From contig SKKY01000159.1 in the NCBI GenBank assembly GCA_007123515.1, positions 1 to 34,697 of the forward strand: a stretch of 34,697 nt of DNA, in the 5' to 3' direction. This document shows, in pieces, positions 30,236 through 34,697 of this stretch; the first letter of the stretch is position 1; each line of letters starts with the position of its first letter. The notes beneath the pieces are model-generated. The model had not been told where the DNA came from. It searched no databases and worked only from the letters and a program-made list of their open reading frames with translations. The stretch is from Clostridia bacterium (GTDB lineage Bacteria; Bacillota; Peptococcia; Peptococcales; SKKY01). The translations under genes were made by a program, and so were the position numbers.

Positions 30236-30356
30236 TTTACCACCTCTCTCTAATAAATTTTAAAATGATATGTCCTGTTGAAGAGGAACATAATATATCA
30301 AATGCGTATTAAATGGGTTCTTTTTAAAAGCATTCTTCCCTGCTTTTAAAATCAAA

Positions 30357-30740
30357 TTAAGTTAGTGAATCGTAAAATTTGCCACGCAACTTTTGCAGCT
30401 CTTCTTTAAGACGTTTATTCTCATCTTCTAGTTCTTTTATCTTTTTATTTTTTGCAGCAATTACAGCATCCTTGCTGGCATCAGTCATTTCTCTTTTAAC
30501 CTGCCTAGCAGAAGGAAGCCCTTCCTGCTGTTTCCGCAAATTTTCGATACGCTGACGAATTTCCTGGTTGGTGTAGAGATAAGCTTTGCTTACACTAGCT
30601 TCTTCGGCTACACTGTTAAAATTGATTCTATCTTTGTTCTTGACCAGGCGCTGGATGGCTTCATCAACTTTTTTGGCAGTTTGGGCTTTTCTGTGTTCGG
30701 CATGTCTTTTTAGACCTTCTGTGTTACGCTTGTGGGACAT
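30357..30740 (-). CDS. TnpC-like transposition accessory protein (DUF6262-like)
   Basis: INFNSVAEEASVSKAYLY HTH plus C-terminal coiled coil; ATG 30740 after GGAGAGGAG. Confidence 0.82.
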   Translation of the reverse strand: MSHKRNTEGLKRHAEHRKAQTAKKVDEAIQRLVKNKDRINFNSVAEEASVSKAYLYTNQEIRQRIENLRKQQEGLPSARQVKREMTDASKDAVIAAKNKKIKELEDENKRLKEELQKLRGKFYDSLT

Positions 30741-30810
30741 TTTGACGCTCCTCTCCAACGTACTCCCTTCTTTTTTTACCAGCTATGTGGTGGGCTTTGC
30801 CTTCTTTCAA
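30724..30810 (-). pseudogene. Probable C-terminal remnant of the second recombinase (Tn554 TnpB-like)
   Basis: Alternative frame LKEGKAHHIAGKKRREYVGEERQNVPQA* overlaps the tnpC start, as tnpB would; resemblance to such C-termini is from memory. Confidence 0.6.
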
Positions 30811-31768
30811 GCAAAAGATCGAAGTGGCTGTGCCTGAACATATGAGAGGTTACATGTAGATCCGTTTTTGCCCTGAGCCTGCGGAAAAGGCTCATAACAT
30901 CTTCGTATTCCAGTGGCTGATATTTCTTGTCTCCCGATATTTTGATTAGCACATAGTTAGTGTCTACTTCATCGGTGTGATACTCCGCTATGTAATCAAA
31001 GAAAAGGTTGATTAGATCGGCTGAAACATCTACAGTGCGAGGACTGCATACGGTCTTGATTTCAGCAAGGTTGGGCAGTTCCCCCCGATCCTGCAGATGT
31101 ATTTTTTGAGCATCGGGTTCAACATCTTCTAACCATAAGGACAGCGCCTCCGAAATCCTAAAGCCCGTTTCCCAGAGTAAATTTATTAAGAACTTGTCCC
31201 TTAGGTTCTTGCAGGCGTTTAATAATTTTTCTACCTGTTCCTTGCTTAAGGTAGCAACATTTCTTTTGGGTTCTTGCAGTTTTAAGATTTTTGCTGTAAT
31301 AGGCTTGTCCTTATTGATGTGGTGAAGAAACCCCTTAAAACTTCTCCTGCTTCCTGAAACGGTTTTTTTAAGCTTCTCCGACAGTTGGATACTGTAGTCT
31401 TCATGCCTCATTAAGTAATCGTAAAAGTTAAGGACAGTAGATATTATCGTGTTTATCGTAGCTGGACTCCGTTTAGATTGAACGGGTTTTACAGGGGTAA
31501 TTTTGGAGCTGCTGTAAGGGTTTTTTAGCCACCTCACAAATGAAGCCATATCATCTATGCCAACTTCCCGATAGTCCAGCCCTTCTTGATTTAAAAACTC
31601 AAAAAACAGCTTCAAATGCTGGCAGTAACAGCGGAGGCTGTTTCTCGCTGCCTCACTGTTGTCTTTAAACTTAATATATTTCATCACTGGAATAACTGGC
31701 TTTCCTTCTTCATCTACCAGCATGTATCTAGTTCTGTCATCTGCTGTAGCAACAGTCACCACTTTCAA
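30776..31768 (-). pseudogene. Tn554 TnpA-like tyrosine recombinase, truncated before the catalytic Tyr
   Basis: ETGFRISEAL and HMFRH are present; the protein ends 17 aa after HMFRH with no GH or Y motif. Confidence 0.85.
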
Positions 31769-31926
31769 TTCCCTTCACCACCAAGACAGGAAGATTAAGT
31801 ATATTCATACTATACTACACATACTATATATTTATAATACTTATATGTATATTATTAAGTAAAAATATAGAGGGATAAATCTTCTTGTAATACGTAGAAG
31901 ACTATCCCTCTAACTAGTACAGATAA

Positions 31927-32068
31927 CTAAAGCAATGGGATTCTTGAGTGATTAAACGCCATTCTGTTTCCAGTAGACAAGTATAACCTCAAGCTAAGGG
32001 CATGCGCATGCCATTGTCCTTCCTAAGACAGTACATGTAGTATCTTAGGCTGATAGACTTTTATCATC
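31927..32068 (-). ncRNA. IS605/TnpB omegaRNA-like scaffold and proximal right-end half (orphan remnant)
   Basis: Minus strand: DDKSLSA* tail; stems CCTAAGA/TCTTAGG, GGCATG/CATGCC, CTTGAG/CTCAAG and CTG-GAAA-CAG; then CAAGAATCCCATTGCTTTAG. Confidence 0.65.
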
Positions 32069-32191
32069 TTTTCCCATAGATGGAATGGTCTTATTTTCTA
32101 AGATAAAAATCAAGTTCAGGCTTGATATTTCCTGCAATGAAACCATTTTTACAGATCATTTTGGCGTAGCCTTTTTTTCCAACCGAGTGTC

Positions 32192-32548
32192 TCAGCTAAA
32201 GTCTTGAGCGAACTCTTCAATAGATTGCAACAGTAGTGTGGAAAAATAGGTTAATACAGGTCCACCGCCCATACTAACGGCGACTAGTCCGGCTTCCTGG
32301 ATTTCCTCTTTACTTGCCCCAGCCCGAAAGGCTTCATAGACATGGATCACGACACAATATTTGCATTTGATATGCAAGCCGATCGCAACACTGATTAGCT
32401 CTTTTTCCTTTACACTTAAAGCACCGGCGCTGTTTAAAGCCTTGCTTTGCTCAATAATGGCTCTAGCCGTATCGCGATTATCTTTCATAAATCCTTTAAA
32501 GCCGTCTTTATACTCTTTTAAAATTTCTCTTGGATTTTCCTGCATCAT
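32192..32548 (-). CDS. Carboxymuconolactone decarboxylase/AhpD-like protein
   Basis: GALSVKEKELISVAI, CKYC, GASKEEI, MGGGP; start 32548 after GGAGGG. Confidence 0.9.
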   Translation of the reverse strand: MMQENPREILKEYKDGFKGFMKDNRDTARAIIEQSKALNSAGALSVKEKELISVAIGLHIKCKYCVVIHVYEAFRAGASKEEIQEAGLVAVSMGGGPVLTYFSTLLLQSIEEFAQDFS

Positions 32549-32703
32549 TATAAACCCTCCGTTAGTCATAGTATTCGATACACTCTGTTATATTACATAC
32601 CCGAATTATGATTTCGTTAAAAATTAAACACGTTTCCAAAAGTAGTAACATTTTGTCTGATGATTCTGGTATGATAGTATCAGAATTAATTTTATCCGAT
32701 TAT

Positions 32704-32763
32704 GGATTAGCTCAATTAACATTTAGATGGAGTTCATACTCCACCTGAATTGAGTTTCACTTT
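32704..32763. repeat. Candidate second REP-like palindromic element
   Basis: CTCAATT...AGATGGAGT-TCAT-ACTCCACCT-G-AATTGAG nested inverted repeat between divergent genes. Confidence 0.45.
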
Positions 32764-32782
32764 ATAACAGAGGGGAAAAATC

Positions 32783-33931
32783 ATGGAGAACTACAGAATT
32801 ATTGTTGCAACCGCTTTCGGCATGGAAGCGACTTGCAAAAGAGAAATGCTGGCACTTGGCTATGAAAAACTGCAGGTGGAAAACGGACGTATTGAGATAG
32901 ACGGTAGTTTTGCCGATATTGCGAAGCTAAGCATCTGGCTTAGAACAGCAGAAAGAATCAAAATTAAAATAGCAGAATTTAGAGCAGAAACCTTCACAGA
33001 ATTATTTGACGGAACAAGAACCGTCAATTGGTCGGACTTTGTCCCAAAAGGGGGAGCATTTCCGGTTGATGCAAAATCTGTAAAGTCAAAGCTTTTTAGT
33101 TTATCGGATTGTCAAAAAATAGTGAAAAAAGCGATGGCGGAAAGTCTAAAAGAAGTAAGGAATGAAGATTGGCTGGATGAATCCGGATCATTATATCGAT
33201 TTGAAGTCAGTATGCTTAATGACATAGCCACGATTACGCTTGATACTTCAGGTCCCGGGCTTCACAAGCGCGGGTACCGTAAATTAGTAGGTTCAGCACC
33301 AATAAAAGAAACCATGGCAGCAGCGATGATTGATTTAAGTTACTGGAATAAAGACAGGCTGTTGTTAGATCCGATGTGCGGATCTGGCACTTTTCCGATA
33401 GAAGCGGCTTTAATAGCCCGAAACATTGCACCGGGGCTTAACAGAACATTTACTGCAGAAACCTGGGGAAATTTTCCGGTCGATGTCTGGAAGAAAGAAC
33501 GAACTGAAGCAAAAAAACAGATCGATTTTGACACAGAATTACAACTATATGGTTACGATTATGACCCGGAAACGATAGAAATTGCAAAAATTAATGCGGA
33601 TGATGCCGGTGTATTGGAAGATATCGTATTCGAACAGAAGGATTTCCTCGCACTTGGGCCAAAGCTCCCCTGGGATTACGGAGTGATGATTACCAATCCC
33701 CCTTACGGAGAGAGGATCGATAAAAGAGATGAAGCCATCCAGATTTACAGAAAATTTGGAGAGTTAATGAGCGATAACCCCACATGGTCATATTACCTTC
33801 TTACATCCAATGAAGATTTTGAAGGAGCCGCAGGCAAAAAAAGTGATCGAAAAAGAAAAATGTTCAACGGAAATATCAGGGTTGATTACTATCAATATTA
33901 TGGTCCAAGACCACCGAGAAAAGAACAATAA
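32783..33931 (+). CDS. THUMP-domain class I SAM-dependent RNA methyltransferase (YpsC/RlmL-like)
   Basis: WLRTAER, LHKRGYR, APIKETMAA, DPMCGSGT, TNPPYGER. Confidence 0.93.
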   Translation: MENYRIIVATAFGMEATCKREMLALGYEKLQVENGRIEIDGSFADIAKLSIWLRTAERIKIKIAEFRAETFTELFDGTRTVNWSDFVPKGGAFPVDAKSVKSKLFSLSDCQKIVKKAMAESLKEVRNEDWLDESGSLYRFEVSMLNDIATITLDTSGPGLHKRGYRKLVGSAPIKETMAAAMIDLSYWNKDRLLLDPMCGSGTFPIEAALIARNIAPGLNRTFTAETWGNFPVDVWKKERTEAKKQIDFDTELQLYGYDYDPETIEIAKINADDAGVLEDIVFEQKDFLALGPKLPWDYGVMITNPPYGERIDKRDEAIQIYRKFGELMSDNPTWSYYLLTSNEDFEGAAGKKSDRKRKMFNGNIRVDYYQYYGPRPPRKEQ

Positions 33932-33945
33932 ACAAAAAAAGCAAT

Positions 33946-34017
33946 CAAGAAGTGTCCCTAACTGGTATACCATCGGGGACGTTTCCCTCTGGTATACCAG
34001 AGGGAAACGTCCCCGAT
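33946..34017. repeat. REP-like 71-bp element, copy 2 (46-bp perfect palindrome 33972-34017)
   Basis: 66/71 identical to the reverse complement of 21245-21315. Confidence 0.9.
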
Positions 34018-34175
34018 TTTTTTACTTTATCCTGTTATAATACAAAATACATTACTGTTATACTGTATTACGATTGTATTTTTGTTGTCCAAATTTTTTT
34101 ACGGTGGTACACTTTTTATCCTAGGGTAAGTATTATCTCGGGTTTTACAAATACAACAAGGGGGGATTCGTTATC

Positions 34176-34697
34176 ATGAATAGCTATCCGCAAAAACAAG
34201 GTCTATATAGTCCCGAACTAGAGAAAGATAATTGTGGTGTTGGTTTTGTGGCTAACATTAAAGGAGAGAAGAGTCATCATGTGATTGTTGATGGCCTTCA
34301 GATATTAAAAAAACTTGTCCACAGAGGTGCCACAGGAGCGGATCCGGAAACTGGAGATGGAGCAGGTATTATGATCCAGATTCCTGATGCTTTTCTGCGC
34401 AAGGAGATGGAGAAGGAGGACGTTACTTTACCGGCTGAGGGTGATTATGCCGTAGGAATGATGTTTTTACCAAAAGAACCAAATGCCAGATATTATGCTG
34501 AGGGTGTACTTGAAAGAATTATAGAAGAAGAAGGCCAGGAGTTGTTGGGCTGGAGGATTGTCCCTGTTAATGAAAATTCCTGTGGATTTTCGGCTAGAGG
34601 CACTTGTCCAATTGTCAGTCAGGTTTTTATTGCCCGAAACGGAATGGATGAAGATGCGTTTAATCGTAAGCTCATTATAATCCGTAAACGAGCGGAA
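34176..34697 (+). CDS. gltB: Glutamate synthase large subunit, 3' partial
   Basis: Translated by hand: MNSYPQKQGLYSPELEKDNCGVGFVANIKG...HRGATGADPETGDGAGI. Confidence 0.97.
   Translation, partial: MNSYPQKQGLYSPELEKDNCGVGFVANIKGEKSHHVIVDGLQILKKLVHRGATGADPETGDGAGIMIQIPDAFLRKEMEKEDVTLPAEGDYAVGMMFLPKEPNARYYAEGVLERIIEEEGQELLGWRIVPVNENSCGFSARGTCPIVSQVFIARNGMDEDAFNRKLIIIRKRAE

Larger units (their letters stand above)
28812..31926 (-). mobile_element. Defective Tn554-like tyrosine-recombinase transposon carrying a lipoprotein
   Basis: tnpA'-'tnpB-tnpC-like gene order; inverted terminal arms TTATCTTGACTAG (28812-28824) and CTAGTACAGATAA (31914-31926); 6-bp cores CTTTAG and CTAAAG just outside. Confidence 0.8.

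Noticed and set aside
28796-31942. A simple 29-bp terminal inverted repeat (25/29) as in DDE transposons
   Set aside because: There is no DDE transposase or direct target duplication; the outer part is better explained as the two arms of the target hairpin.
32091-32180. Short minus-strand frame ...GYAKMICKNGFIAGNIKPELDFYLRK
   Set aside because: No RBS or recognisable family; it could be a gene fragment but cannot be supported.
21245-34017. The two inverted 71-bp copies as ends of a 12.8-kb composite transposon or invertible segment
   Set aside because: The enclosed core genes are housekeeping and keep the same orientation as the flanks; copy 1 sits inside the intact scfA-scfB locus.
33810-34179. 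76-aa and 75-aa ORFs resembling the translations near 21240
   Set aside because: The similarity arises only from translating the repeated palindrome.

Overview
Low-GC Firmicute (clostridia-like) chromosome. It is mostly conserved core genes on the + strand: tetrameric NAD(P)-linked [FeFe]-hydrogenase operon, M23 peptidase-bactofilin, cvpA, TIGR01212 radical SAM, rpsF-ssb-rpsR, yybS-rplI-dnaB, purA, an ATP-grasp (D-Asp ligase-like)/FemABX pair, tRNA-Lys/Glu/Phe, a BCCT transporter, a SCIFF ranthipeptide locus (precursor missing from the ORF track), LysM/G5/M23, trxB, walJ, a THUMP methyltransferase and the start of gltB. The most unusual part is 27.9-32.1 kb. A 3.1-kb, internally deleted Tn554-like tyrosine-recombinase transposon (28812-31926) carrying a lipoprotein sits exactly in the loop of the terminal hairpin of an IS200/IS605-type right end/omegaRNA-like remnant. 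The halves of that remnant can be rejoined from both flanks, and the two 6-bp junction cores are reverse complements of each other. Also seen: a second IS605-type right end that supplies the walJ stop codon, a 71-bp REP-like palindromic element in two inverted copies with a compensatory change, an unannotated 38-aa membrane peptide and a probable ATA start codon. Family assignments come from motif recognition by eye; no searches were run.
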